Shown piece after piece: positions 36,791 through 49,345 of a stretch of DNA of 64,000 bases. The DNA comes from Sphyrna mokarran (Eukaryota), in contig JAGIQG010000018.1 in NCBI GenBank assembly GCA_024679065.1, positions 24,056,001 to 24,120,000 of the forward strand, given 5' to 3'. The notes under the pieces were generated by a model that made no database searches, was not told the DNA's origin, and was given only the letters and a program-made list of their open reading frames with translations. Each line of letters opens with the position of its first letter. The stretch's first letter is position 1. Position numbers and translations under genes: made by a program.

Positions 36791-39700
36791 AGGTTGATTT
36801 ATCCCATCTTCTCTTCTACTTTTTTTGCACTCTTTGTTGAATCCTTCTCTCAGAAGCTTTGGCCCTTCAGCCAATTTCCTCAATAGAAACAAAAAGATGT
36901 GTGAGCCCTTTTCACTTCAGACAACTTAATTCTATGTAGAAATGATGGCAGATAATACTTGGACAGATGATATGAAGTAGATTTCATTGTACTGTGACAA
37001 TACTCTTTCTCATCGATCAATAAGCTTAAGTAAATCTGTTCCAAGGGTAATAAAATGTCACAATTGACACAGCACCACCAAGAATATAAGGTTACTAACT
37101 GCAAGACCTTGTTACGTCAAGTGCTGAGGATTTTGACCTTTGAAATTTGGAGACAAACCCATGGCTCGATGTAATTTGAGAGAGTAGCTATTCTAATTAA
37201 ATTACAATGTCTGCATTCATCTTTGCCTAATGCTTCTTGACATTATACAACCCACACTGTTGAGAGAAATGTAGGAGGGTTGGCGACGTAGTGTTGGAAT
37301 AGTGGGGGTGAATGTATGGCGAGTGTTTGTTTGCAGTGGCCGGATAGAATTATGCTGTTCTTTCACTATTGCAATGTAGCCAGTGCTGAGTGATGAAACA
37401 ACTTAATAGTAGTAATGTAATAGAAAATCTAACTATTTCAGATAGACTTTCAGTCAACTAACCTAAAACATTTAAATCACATTGATGATTTTTGCTAGTC
37501 AATAAAGGATATGGAGTGAAGGTGGGTGGATGAAGCTGAAAGGTCTGCTTCTGTTTCAATGTTCCTATACTATTGGTTCAGTAGTAAGTAATGCTTGGTT
37601 TAGCTAATGCTATCGACATATATGATTCAGAATTTGGATATCAGCCTGTGATTCTGACAAAATAAAAGCAGAATTATTGCATCCCCTCTACTGTCTCCAA
37701 CATCCATCAATGCTAATCTTTACATATAAACTCATGCAAGAGACAATTTATTAGAGATTTCCATAATCCAATTTGGCTCAATCCTACAACCTGAGTTTCT
37801 TTCACTGTCGATTTGGACACAGTGTGGCAAAGTTATGCTGTAATTCCTTTTATAAACAACAAATTTCTTCCTTTTAGAGCATAAATACATTATTACTTTT
37901 CTCTGTCATATTGACTGCTGTGTTTCCCTACGTTACCACAGCAAGTAATTCCGTATATCCAACAAAGGCTGACAACAAAGTATAGGGTCACATTTTGAGG
38001 ATAGGGCAATCAGTTAAATACAGAATAATCTTTAGAAGTAAGAGTTGTGATTTTGAGTTCAAGGAACTTAGGTTAAAAAAAGAGAGTTGCTACAAGAGTT
38101 TTTTGAAAAAAAAACAGAGACAACAGTGTTTAAAGTGAAAACGGAGATATGCCTCAACAAACTGCAGGCCTGTCTTAGAAGCAAGGGAAATGAAAAGAAT
38201 GAGATTGCCAGGCTCCCTATCCACATGGAGCCTGCAGGGGATCTGGGTAGTGATTCCTTACTGAGGGATTGAAGGATTGAGTTTCTGAAGTTTTGGGGAG
38301 AAGTCCCCAGCTTGTTTCAAAAAAGAAATTAATAAGTCTTTCCTAAGAAAGGTCCCAATTGAATAGTGTTGGATCTTGAAGTGAAATTAACAAAAGAAAT
38401 GGGCACATCAAAAAGAAGAGAAAGAATGGACTCTCCATGCAACCAAAGGAAGAGTTGCATGGAGATCACTGGAAGGGTGTTCTACCAGTAGAAGACAAGT
38501 CTTAAAAGTTTTTAAAAAAAAAGGACCAGTCAGAATTTGCGGCAGGACTTCAAAAGCGCAGGAAGAACACAGAACTAGCAGCTGCTAATAGCAGTTTTAA
38601 AAAATTGACTGTCTTAAAGTAGTAATGCATTTAAAGAGGTAATGCATTTACAGTGGTAAAACATTTAATGCAGCAACTACAAGAAGAAACACGTGACAAT
38701 GGAAAGGAAAATTGCTGAAGACCCCAGATAGAGGGTCCATTAGCAAAAATTATCAAGGCAGAGACAATGAAAGACCTCAAAGGAGGCAATGAAGATGTCA
38801 GGGAGGAGGCAATAGAAGACTTTAGAGGAAGCAGTGAAAACCTCAGGGAAGAGGCAACAGAAGTTCCCAGAAGGAGGGCATTGAAAGATTCTAATTGGAG
38901 GAAATGAAAGATGGTCAATGAAACACACTAAATGATCAAATGAAGAACAAGAGAATTGCAGAATGGAAAAAAGTCAACAAGAGACACTCCCAATCAAAAG
39001 TGAAGCCAGAAGGGATTTAGATGAAGTCAAGACAAGTAGAAATGAGGGCTTCATTTGTGAAGCGTACATGTCCAGTAAGAATATGATGGATTCATTTTGA
39101 AAGAAATACAAAACGTACATCATCAAAAGAAACTAGGTATTAATGAATATAAAGAAAAACCAGCAAAATGCATTAAAGCTCGAGAGAAGACAATAAAATA
39201 ACAAGCTGAAATGACTGACAGCAAACTTGGGGGAAAATGTTGCAAAAGAAATTTATAAAATGAAATTAAGAAGAAGGGGAATTTAATGAGATAATGGAGA
39301 TAAGCTGAACTCCATGAAAAGCAACTAGAAAATAAGAGCAAGTCCAGTGAAGAGTTGAATCAGGAGAATAAGAACTTGAAGAAAGGAAGTTGACAATGAG
39401 AAATTAACTGAAGAGGTAAAAACATTTGAAATTGACAGCAGAACCAGTAATTTGGACAGAGAAAGAAATTTGAGATTCCATGCTAGAACAAGACTGCGGA
39501 AATAGCCATAAGAATGGAAAGCAGCAAGTATGTATGGAAGAGTTTCATGCAAAGACTATGTTTGAAACTGTACGTAGTTAAAGTATACCAATAAAAAAGT
39601 TTATATTTGGAAACACAAACCTGAAGACCTCATCAATGAGCCATCACCACTACAACAATAAACAACCCATATTAAGTACATAAATATGACATGTTTCACG

Positions 39701-40363
39701 ATATGAAACTTCAATAGTGGATCAAGCTAGATCTCCAAAATTATCTCCTGCTGTACCCAGTAGACATGGAGGAATGGATCGTTCATAAACATATGGATCG
39801 CTGGAGGAGTAAAGAAAAGCTCCAACAGTCAGTGTTGCCATCAAAAAATCTTTGTAACCTATAAGCACTGCAGTACCCAAGTACCCATAGACCTTTTATG
39901 GACATAACTTACTTTTCCATAGAAGCAAGTTGTAATGAACTGCCTATGCTGGAAGAGATACCTGGTACCAGTTCCTGATGACGTTGACCCAGTGGAAGCA
40001 TCTCAGACACCATTCAACAAGAAAGAGGAAAACCCCTCAAAGAATTGATTCATAATTGTCCAACTTGTTTAGTTAGAATTTGGCCTTGAGTAACTTAATT
40101 ATTATATAAAGGAGCTAATGGGGGAGAGATGATTGTCCCTTTAATGACAAATAGCAGAAGAGGATCACCTGGCTCGAGAAATTGAGAGTGAATGTGGGTA
40201 ATTATCATAGGCAGAAGACAGTCTGGAGACACATAGACTTAGAGATTGGAGCAGCCAATAGACTTCTGTAGGTCAGCCAAGGGGATTGTTGGCTTCTGTA
40301 CAGTTTTTTCTTATTGATAAGTATCCTTTGTGTTCCTATGTTCTGAAAGCATGTGTTATTCAG

Positions 40364-40725
40364 GCGAGGCAATGGCCTAATGGTATCATTGCTAGAATAT
40401 TAATCCAGAAACTCAGCTAATGTTCCGGGGACCCGGATTCAAATCCTGTCACGGCAGATGATGGAATTTGGATTCAATAAAAAATATCTGGCAATTAAGA
40501 ATCTACTGATAGCCATAAAATCATTGTTGATTGTGGGAAAAACCTATCTGGGTTCACTATGTCCTTTAAGGAAGGAAATCTGCCATCCTTACTTGTCTAG
40601 CCTATATGTGACTTCAGAGCCACAGCAATGTGGTTGACTCTCAACTGCCCTTGGGCAACTAAGAATGGGCAATAACTGCTGGCCAGCCAGTGACACCTAT
40701 GTTCCACCAATGAATACAAAAAAAT
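40364..40725 (+). mobile_element. Full-length tRNA-derived SINE with a LINE-derived 3' tail
   Basis: A-box-like TGGCCTAATGG, B-box-like GGATTCAAATCC, and the tail GGGCAATAACTGCTGGCCAGCCAGTGAC...AATGAATACAAAAAAA. Confidence 0.8.
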
Positions 40726-41119
40726 TATTACACATAGCCAACAGAGCATGTATAAATGGGACAGAAATTATAATGTGGTAACTTTGTTACTTAACTGGTA
40801 ATCCAGAGAATGTGGGGGTAATTTTGACTTCTTGTGATATTGTAAAACAAGTGATATTGTCATCTGCCTGTTGTACATTTTTTCCCATTTACATTTTCAT
40901 ATTGTCAAGACAATCTGTTATGGGCAATGTGAAATTTGTCATTCATTTAATCAGGTATACAGCCCTGGATTATTTAAAAAAAAAAGGCAGAAGCACAATC
41001 AGCCACCAGACATCTAACTCCAGAAACTGCTAGGAGCAAAGAAGCACATTGTGCAAGATGGTACCAAGGACCCACATCTTGATAGCTTTGATAATGGGAG
41101 ATTAAAGCTCCTTGGTAAA

Positions 41120-41482
41120 ATAGGAGCAGGAGTATAGGCTATTTGGCCCATAGAATAGTCTGATCCATCATTCAGTGTGATCATGGCTGATTCTCTATCT
41201 CAACACCTTTTTCCCGCTGTTTCCCTGTACCTTTTGCTGCTCTTAGTGTCTAGAAATGTATCTTTTTTTTTCTTAAATAGATTGTGACTTGGCCTCCACA
41301 GCCTTATGTGGTAGAGAATTCCACCCTCTAAATGAAAAAATCTCTTCCCGTCTCAGTCCTAAATGGCCTACCCCGTATCCTGAGACCACGACCCCTTGTT
41401 GTATATCCCCCAGCCATGTGAATCGTCATCCCTTCATCCAGTCTTTCCAGCCTGAGAGAATCTTACACATTTCAGTGAGATA
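41120..41482 (-). mobile_element. CR1 3' end fragment
   Basis: TAGGAGCAGGAGTA...TGATCATGGCTGAT...CCACAGCCTTATGTGGTAGAGAATTCCA is a typical reverse-complement CR1 3' UTR. Confidence 0.75.
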
Positions 41483-41489
41483 AAAATAA

Positions 41490-42228
41490 GTCCCTCCATT
41501 GCCTCCTATTGTATAGCAGTAGCCAATTGTCTCATGATCAGAACTATTCTTGTGAAAAATCTGTTTCTTTTAACTGCAAAAAGTGGGTCTAGAGAATTCA
41601 GCAGACATAAAGAAGAAGACAGCAGAATGTAATATCATATCTCTCTCTCACTCTGCTATTCTAAGGTTCAGGCCCACCTCTGTTAGATTTTAGAATACAT
41701 CACAGAGTTGGAGATTTTTTATCGAAAGAAACTTCAAGTGTCATGGCATACACTTTGGAAAAAAGATAAATTACAGTTAAAAAATGACTGTCTCCAGAAA
41801 AACAACCAGCTTGCAACGTCACTGGAATTTCAAGACCACAAAAGAAATATTGGAAAATTGAAACATTATCTCTTTTTCTTCTTAAGGACATTAACTCTTA
41901 TCAATTCCACCCCCTGTATCCTGTAACTTGTTCTGTTTTGCACGCCAGTACATATATATGTGTGTTATGACCTAGGATTTAGGAGCTATTTTTACCATTT
42001 AAATGTGTTTTTATACTTTTGTCTGAATGAGTTTTAACAAAATAATTAACTCCATACTTGTTAACTCAAAAGATAGGCTGAATTATTTTTTTCATACAGT
42101 TTTACATATGGTCAACTGAAACTGAAAAAAGCACAACTTAAGAATTCAAACTCTTGTAACTGACCTTAGGGGTGGCAAAGAATGGAACTTAATCATCTGC
42201 CCACATCCTTCAGACTTGGTTGTAACAA
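41490..42228. mobile_element. Possible solo LTR
   Basis: Non-coding block ending ...GGTTGTAACA with LTR-like composition. No TSD identified. Confidence 0.3.
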
Positions 42229-43004
42229 TATCTTCCATTTTACGTTATCATTGTCACCTGAGGTCAAAATTATATTTAAATAATTCTAGAGTTGAGAATT
42301 TGAATATAGTTGAATATAGAAAGTGCCCACAAAGCTGTCAGATTTTTGTGAAAACCCAACTACTCCACTAATGTTGCTTCAAGAAGGAAACCTGCCTGGG
42401 TCATTTTGTGACTTTGGGTCCCACACGAATGTGCTTCACTCTCAACTGCTTTCTAAAGTTGCCTATCAAGTTACTCAAATTTATATCTTTGTTACAAGAA
42501 GAGGCCCGCTGACAAGTCATGGACAATAACTGCTAACCTACATACTGAGAATGAATAAAAAAAATACTCTGTGGTATTATATAGCAGCAGATTCTAACTT
42601 AAAGTTGGGGCAATTGCTGATAAATCCAAGCTAAGTAAGCCTGTGACAACTGAAACACCCTCAGGGATTAGAAAAGAGAGATTAACGATTGCAGTAAAAT
42701 AAACCATGAAGGAGAAAATCAATAATGGAAGAGAAGCATAGGCCTCCACATTCAATCACTCCTTCAACCATGGTATATGTTGCAGAAGGCTTTTTATTGG
42801 AAGCTTTGTTTTATGCTGTGATGGGGTGATTATCTGTTGGTCTCAGAATGCAGGCGAAACTTCGAATTCTGATTGGTTCAAATGGTAATATTCCAGAGGC
42901 CAACAATATTGGTACAACACAATACATTTCACTTAAAAAAAAACACATAATTTGGGCATATGCCAATATGTTGCCTCAGTAATTGCCCCTCTTTACCCAA
43001 GTGA

Positions 43005-43800
43005 TGGTTAGAACTAGTTTCCTCAGGTTCCCACAGTGTTTAACCTTGATTTCTCCATTGGTTCCTACAGTGGTTAACTTTGGTTTTCCCACTGTGGTTA
43101 ACCCTGGTTTTCCCACAGTAGTTAGTCCTGCATTTTCATCAGGTTCCCATGGTATTTAGCCCTGGGTTTTCCCACTGACTCCATAGTGGTTAGCCTTAGT
43201 TTTTTGCTGGTGCCCACCGAGTTTAGCCCTGGTTTTGCCACAGGTTCCCACAGTGATTCACTCCAGTTTTGCCACTGGTTCCCACAGTGTTAGCCCTGGT
43301 TTTCCCACTGGTTCCACAGTGGTTAGCCCTGGTTTTCCCACTGGCTTTGCAGTGGTTAGCCTTGGTTTTCCCACTGGTTCCCACAGTGATTAACCCTGCT
43401 TTCCCAGTGGTTCTACAGTGCTTAGCCCTGGTTTTCCCACTGGCTCCACAGTGATTCACACCTGATTTTCCTACTGGCTCCCACATTGGTTAGCCCTGGT
43501 TCTCCCATTGGCTCTCAAAGTGATTAGCCCTGGTTTTCCCATTGTTTCCCATAGTGCTTAACCCTGGTTTTCCCACAAATTACCACAGTGGTTAGTCCTG
43601 GTTTCCCCATTGATTATCACAGTTGCTACCCCTGGTTTCCCATATGGTTGCCCTTGGTTTCCCCAAAAGCTGCCCAGATGGTTGGCCTTGATTTCTAAGT
43701 AAGTTGGCCTTTTATCCCCAGTAATTGCATCCAGTTGTTGACTGTGTTTTCTCCAGTGGTTACCACAATGGTTAGCTCTAGTTTCCTCAATGATCACCCC
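43005..43800. repeat. Minisatellite, ~33-38 bp unit (GGTTAGCCCTGGTTTTCCCACTGGTTCCCACAGT), about 20 copies, downstream of the HS3ST stop codon
   Basis: Directly visible. The central copies (43220-43570) are the most homogeneous and the edges are degenerate. Confidence 0.92.
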
Positions 43801-44026
43801 AACAATTGGCACTAGTTTCTCTAGCGACTGCCCCAGGAATGGCCTGAACCCTGATAAATTAAGGAGAGGGATCCTTGAGCTCACAGTCTTGCATCAGAAT
43901 TGAGCTCTAGTACAGTTTGCCTGGTATGTGCCCTAACAAGGTTATCTTTTCAATATGGTAAGTCATCTATAATGGAAGACATTTATATGCTTTCTCCTTT
44001 ATTTCCTTAACTTGTATGGTTAGTGA

Positions 44027-44645
44027 TTAATCCCATCGAAAGTCATGTCCCACCATTTGATAAAACTTTATATTATATGGTCTGTAAAATTCCTTTAGTT
44101 GCTCGATAACTTCCAAATCTATCTGGACGTGAGTCCTTCCTTTCGATTTCCCTAGACACCTTGGTGTGCTGCTGCTTTCTGGTTTCTTCAGGCAAGGAAA
44201 TCCCTTGGTTTTGTTGAAGTAAAAGTGTTTGTCCGTGACAATCCTCTTGAGGCCTAAGAAGTCCTGCACTTTTCCCATTTCTCCAGCGGGGTCAATGATG
44301 AGCCTCTCCCCACTGACAAAATGGATTTGGGAGAGGGGAAAATACTGGAGCCAATTCTCCAGATGCAAGGCATAGATTCCAATGCGTATGGCACTCCAAG
44401 AGGCATCGATCAGGCCCAGGGTCCTATTCTTGAAGGCTAAAACTTCAAAGGTTGGAATCTCAGGTTTCTTGGACAGTGTCTGGGTATAGTCTGAAATGGC
44501 TCTGGTCACTGGGTTCCTGACCACTACGATGAGTTTAGTGTCCTTTGCCATCGAGAATATTCGTTTTGGTGCCTCTCTGGTAACAAAGTAACTGGGTGTT
44601 TTCTCCATGGTGATCTGACCATCCAAGGTCTTGGGCATCAAGCTT
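44027..44645 (-). CDS. HS3ST2: Terminal coding exon of heparan sulfate glucosamine 3-O-sulfotransferase (HS3ST2/HS3ST4 type)
   Basis: Open frame (R)[20 protein letters not shown]...[14 protein letters not shown] (3'-PAPS-binding motif)...KGFPCLKK...[10 protein letters not shown]...DFRWD*. Phase-2 acceptor TCCTTAG|A. The RSLMP start and the C-terminus favour HS3ST2. The family call is very secure, the paralog call less so. Confidence 0.93.
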
Positions 44646-44676
44646 CTAAGGACATATAAAAAGTGGCTATTAGTAT
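44646..44676 (-). promoter_or_regulatory. 3' splice site with polypyrimidine tract and branch-point-like motif
   Basis: Minus strand TACTAATAGCCACTTTTTATATGTCCTTAG lies immediately before the exon. Confidence 0.85.
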
Positions 44677-47600
44677 TCTTGGCAGTAGTATATCAAATTA
44701 TTTCTAGTTTACATATAATGCATGAAAATGGGAGGAACATGATAAACAGATAAACAAACAGAAATTCTCAATTAGAAGTGAAGAAATGAACTGTTTGGTG
44801 AGTATCTAGTGAGTATTCATAAAGTGGTCAAGATCTATTTTACTAAGGTTTAAAATAGTACAAAAATTGTGATAAGATTAATAAATACATTGAAAAAATG
44901 CATCAAGTAATTAAAGCACACAAGTATGACAAGGAAGGTGATGTGTTATGTCTGCAGTATGTGGGAATTCCTGGATACGAGTGTGACCCAGGGCAAATAC
45001 ATCAGCAATAAGTGTCTTGGCTTAAAGAGCTTCAGCACATAGTCATTGAGCTGGAGGCTGAACTGAAGACATTGTGACACATTAGAAAGGTCAAGTATTA
45101 CCTAGTCGCTTTGTACTAGGAGGCAGTCACATCTCTTGGGATAGGGTTTTCTGATAAGAGGGAGTGACTGAAGCTGAGATAGATAACAAGACACAGAGGG
45201 TAGGAGTGCAGGGTGTCAGCCTCTGCAATTTTCCAGCAGTTTCAAGCTTCTTTCAGGTTGTCTGGATGAGAGGGCTTCAGGCTGGATGTGCTGACAGACA
45301 CGGCACTATGGTACACAAAGTCATTCAAATTAGGAGAGCGCAAAGGAATGCAGTGGTCGAAAGGGACAGTACAACAGGGGGGATTGACACTTCTCTGCAG
45401 AAAAGAGCAAAAGTCCAGCTAGTGCTTACTTAGTGCCCGGGTTCACGACCAACTTATAGGACAAGTGGTTGTGGCCTATGTAGGTAATAATGTCACAGGC
45501 TAGATGAGGAAAGAGGTTCTGCATAGTCAGTATAGGGAGCTGTGCGCCAAATTAAGAAGCAATACCTCAAATGCAATCATTTCTGGATTATTACTTGAGC
45601 AATGTGCAAATTGGTACAAGGTTAGTGAAATGAATGTGTGATTCAAAGATTGAAGTGAGAGAATTGGGTGCTGATCCATGGGGCACTGGCACCACTGGAA
45701 AGTGGATTCTGCATCATAATGATGGTCTTTATCCGAACCGTGCTGGGGCTGATGTTCTAGCGGACCATATAACTAGGGAAATAGAGAGAGTTTTAAACAG
45801 AATAATGAGGCAAGAGATTAAATTTAGGAAGATATAAATCAAAGAGAAGAGACAAGGAAATGGATATGGGTACAAATATGGAAATGATAAACAGATCAAG
45901 ACAGAAAGGGACAGAGAGTACAAATCTAAAATCAAATCAACACATATGGCTAGATGGTATAAAAATAATAAAAGAACAAAACTAGATGCTCTGTATCTAA
46001 AATCCTTTGAAACAAAAGAGATCAAATGACAGGGCAAATCAAAATTAATAAGTACGATCTGATGGCCATTACTGAGACATTGTTGCAGGATAACAGAGAT
46101 TGGGATCTGAATATTGAAAGATACGAGACATTTAGGAATGACTGGAAGTTAGGAAAAGGTGGAGGGGTGGCTCAATTAAAGCTGGTGTTAGCACATTAGA
46201 GAGGGATGGCTTAAGTTCAGGAAATCAGGATGCAGAAGCAGTTCGGGTTGAGCAGATAAATTATGAAGTCAAGAAATCACTTGTGGGAGTGATGTGTAGG
46301 CTCCTTAATTGTAATGACATAGAAAGACAGAGTATGAAGGAAGAGATAATGGGAGCTTGTCAGAAAGGGATAGTAATATAATGGGGGATTATAATAACTA
46401 ATACAATCTACGTGTAGACTGGGAAAACCAAATGGGCAAAGGTAGCATAGATGAGGAGTTAGTAGAATGTTTTCACAATAGTTTCTTAAAACAGTGTGTT
46501 CTGAAGGAAACCTGGTGCAGGCTGTGCAAGACCTGGCATCGTGCAATGAGATAGGATTATAAATTAATCCTATCGTGAAAGCACCCCTAGGTAGCAGCAA
46601 TCTTAATATGATTGAATTTTACATTCAGTTTGAGGTAGAGAACGGTGCATTGAAGACTAATACTTTAAACTTAAATAAGGGAAATTATGAGGACGGGAAA
46701 GAGAAACTAACTAAAGTGAACTGAGAAATGAATTAAGCGATAGGTCAATAGAGATCCATGGCAGATATTTATAGGGAAATTTCAGAATGTATAGTTTTTT
46801 CTTAATGAATTCGTGGGACATAGGCATTGCTGGCTGGCCAGCATTTAGTGCCCATCCCTAACTGCCCTTGAGAAGGTGGTGGTGTGTCGCCTTCTTGAAT
46901 CGCTGCAGTCCATGATACATTCTAATGAGAAAGAAAAATTGCATTGGGAGGAGCCACTCTGTTGTTAACTAAAAAAGTTAAAGACAGTATCAGACTTAAA
47001 GAAAAAGCATATAAATGTGCAAAGATGGGTGACAGATCAGAAGAAAGGACAGAATATAAAATAACAGCAAAGAGACAAGATTAATAAGAAGAGAAAATAG
47101 GAGTACAAATGAAAGAAGGTAGAAATATGAAGAATTTCTATAGATATTTAAGTAAGAAAAGAGTTAACAAAATGAGCATTGGCCCTATAGAAAGTGCCTT
47201 TGGGAAGTTGATAATGAAAAGTAGGGAGGTGGCAGATGAATCTGTCGGGTATTTGGCATCAGTCTTCACGATAGAGGATACAAGTAACATCCCAGAAATA
47301 GTTGTAAACCAGGAAGAGGAAGACAAGGAGGAACTCAGGAAAGTGTGATATTTTGAACAAATTGTTGGGGTTATGGTCTGACAAATGTTTTAAGTTTAGA
47401 TGAATTTCATTCTTGGGTCATGAAAGAAGTAGCTAGTGAGCTGCATTGGTTTTAATTTTCTGAAATTCCCTAGATTCAAAGAATGTTCTGTTGGATTGGA
47501 AAAAAGCAAATATAACTCCTTTATTCAAAGAGGAAAGTGACAGAAAGTAGGAAGTTTACAGACAAGTTAGTCTGACATCTATCAACAGGAAGGTGTTAGA

Positions 47601-49187
47601 AGCTCTTATTAAAGATATTACGGCAGGGCAATTAGAAAAACATTAGGGCAATCAGGTAGATTCAACAAGGTTTTGTGAAAGGGAAACCATGTTTAACCAA
47701 TTTATTAGAGCTCTTTGAAGGAATCACATGTGCTGTGGATAAAGGGAATTAAAGGATATACTGTACTTAGATTTCCAGAAGGCATTTGATAAGGAGTAAC
47801 ATCAAAGGTTATTGCAGAAAATAAAAGTTCATGGTGTAGAGGGTAACTTATTGGCATGGATTGAAAATTGACTAGCTAACAGGAAACAGAGAGGTGGTAT
47901 AAATGGGTCTTTTTCTGGTTGGCAGGATGTCACAGGGATCAGTGCTGGGGCGTCAACATTTTACAATTTATATAAATGACTGGAAGGTATGTTGTGAAAT
48001 TTATCAATAATACAATGATATGTAGGAAAGTAAATTGTGAAGAGGATATAAAAAGATTATAAAGAGACATAGATAGGATAAGTGAGTGGGCAAAGTTTTG
48101 GCAAATGGAGTATAATGCAGGAACATATAAGCTGGAAGATTAAAAAATAAAATAATTATCTAAATAGTGAGAGATTGCAGAGCTCTGTGATTCAGAGGAT
48201 GACTGGCAAATGACCAGTATGCAGGTACTGCAAATAATTATCATTTATTGTGAGGAGAATTGACTACAAAAATAGGGAGACTATGCTTCAGTTGTACAGA
48301 ATACTTGTGAGAGCATTTTTGGAGTACTGTGAACAGTATTAGTTTCCTTATTTAAGGAAAGATGTAAATGCGTTAGAAGCAATTCAGAAAATATTTATTA
48401 GACTAATACCTTGAATGGGCGAGTTACCTTATGACAAAAGGTTGGCCCATTTAGGCTTGCATTCACTAAAGTTTAGAAGAGTAAGAAACAACTTTAAAAT
48501 CTTTAAGTTTCTGAGTAGTATTTACAGGGTAATGTGGTGAGGATGTTTCCTCTTGTTAGAGAATGTAGAGCTAGGGATCACTGTTTAAAAATAAGAGGTC
48601 ACTCAATTTAAGACAAAGATGAGGAGAAATTTATTTTCTCAGGATTTTGAGTTTTTGGAACTTTCTTCCTCAAAAGGCAGGTAGAAGCAGAGCTATTGGC
48701 AGGATCTTTTGCTGCTGTAGTGTTGGGCATCTTCAGGCCAAAAATGTCACGATAAATCCAAAGTTATGTTTTATGTCAGCATGGAAGTTTACTATGATTG
48801 TCCCTTCTGCCCAGCAGTGCTGGACCATGTTTCCTGCTGTTCAGCATTGAGAACATCATGATGATACATTTTCATCTTATTATCAGGCCCATACGCCAGA
48901 ATCATACCCATCTGTCAAAAAATCCAACCACGGTGACAGGATGTTAGAATGGCACAAATCAAAATTGATTACCAAAGGCCTGCACCTAGTGAGCTTCGGG
49001 CTGAACACAGCACTAGCAGAGTGGCTCCGCATATTAACAGGGCTGACTTCCTGACTGGGGGTGACCAGCCTTTGAATCAGGAATACTCACTTTGACTGGT
49101 GGTTTGACTTGAAGGTACAGGTCTCACTTGCTTAATTCGATGGGGACTGGGAGGGCATTGCGGGAGTTGACCAGACTCAACCCACAG

Positions 49188-49345
49188 AGTAATACTGGAG
49201 GGTGTCAAGGGTAACACTGGAAGGAGAGGAAAACCGGTGTAACACTGGAAGAACACTGGGGTACCACTGGAAAGAGACTGCAGTAGCACTGGAAAAAGAC
49301 CGCAGTAACACTGTTGGGAGATTGGGGTAAAACTGGAAGGAGACT
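49188..49345 (+). repeat. Tandem repeat, ~22 bp unit (GGTAACACTGGAAGGAGACTG), about 7 copies
   Basis: Directly visible recurrence of GTAACACTGGAAG. Confidence 0.8.

Noticed and set aside
43223-43486. Repetitive ORF (GKTRANHCGTS)n and the array as a CRISPR-like locus
   Set aside because: It is the translation of a minisatellite. There are no unique spacers, no cas genes, and the context is vertebrate.
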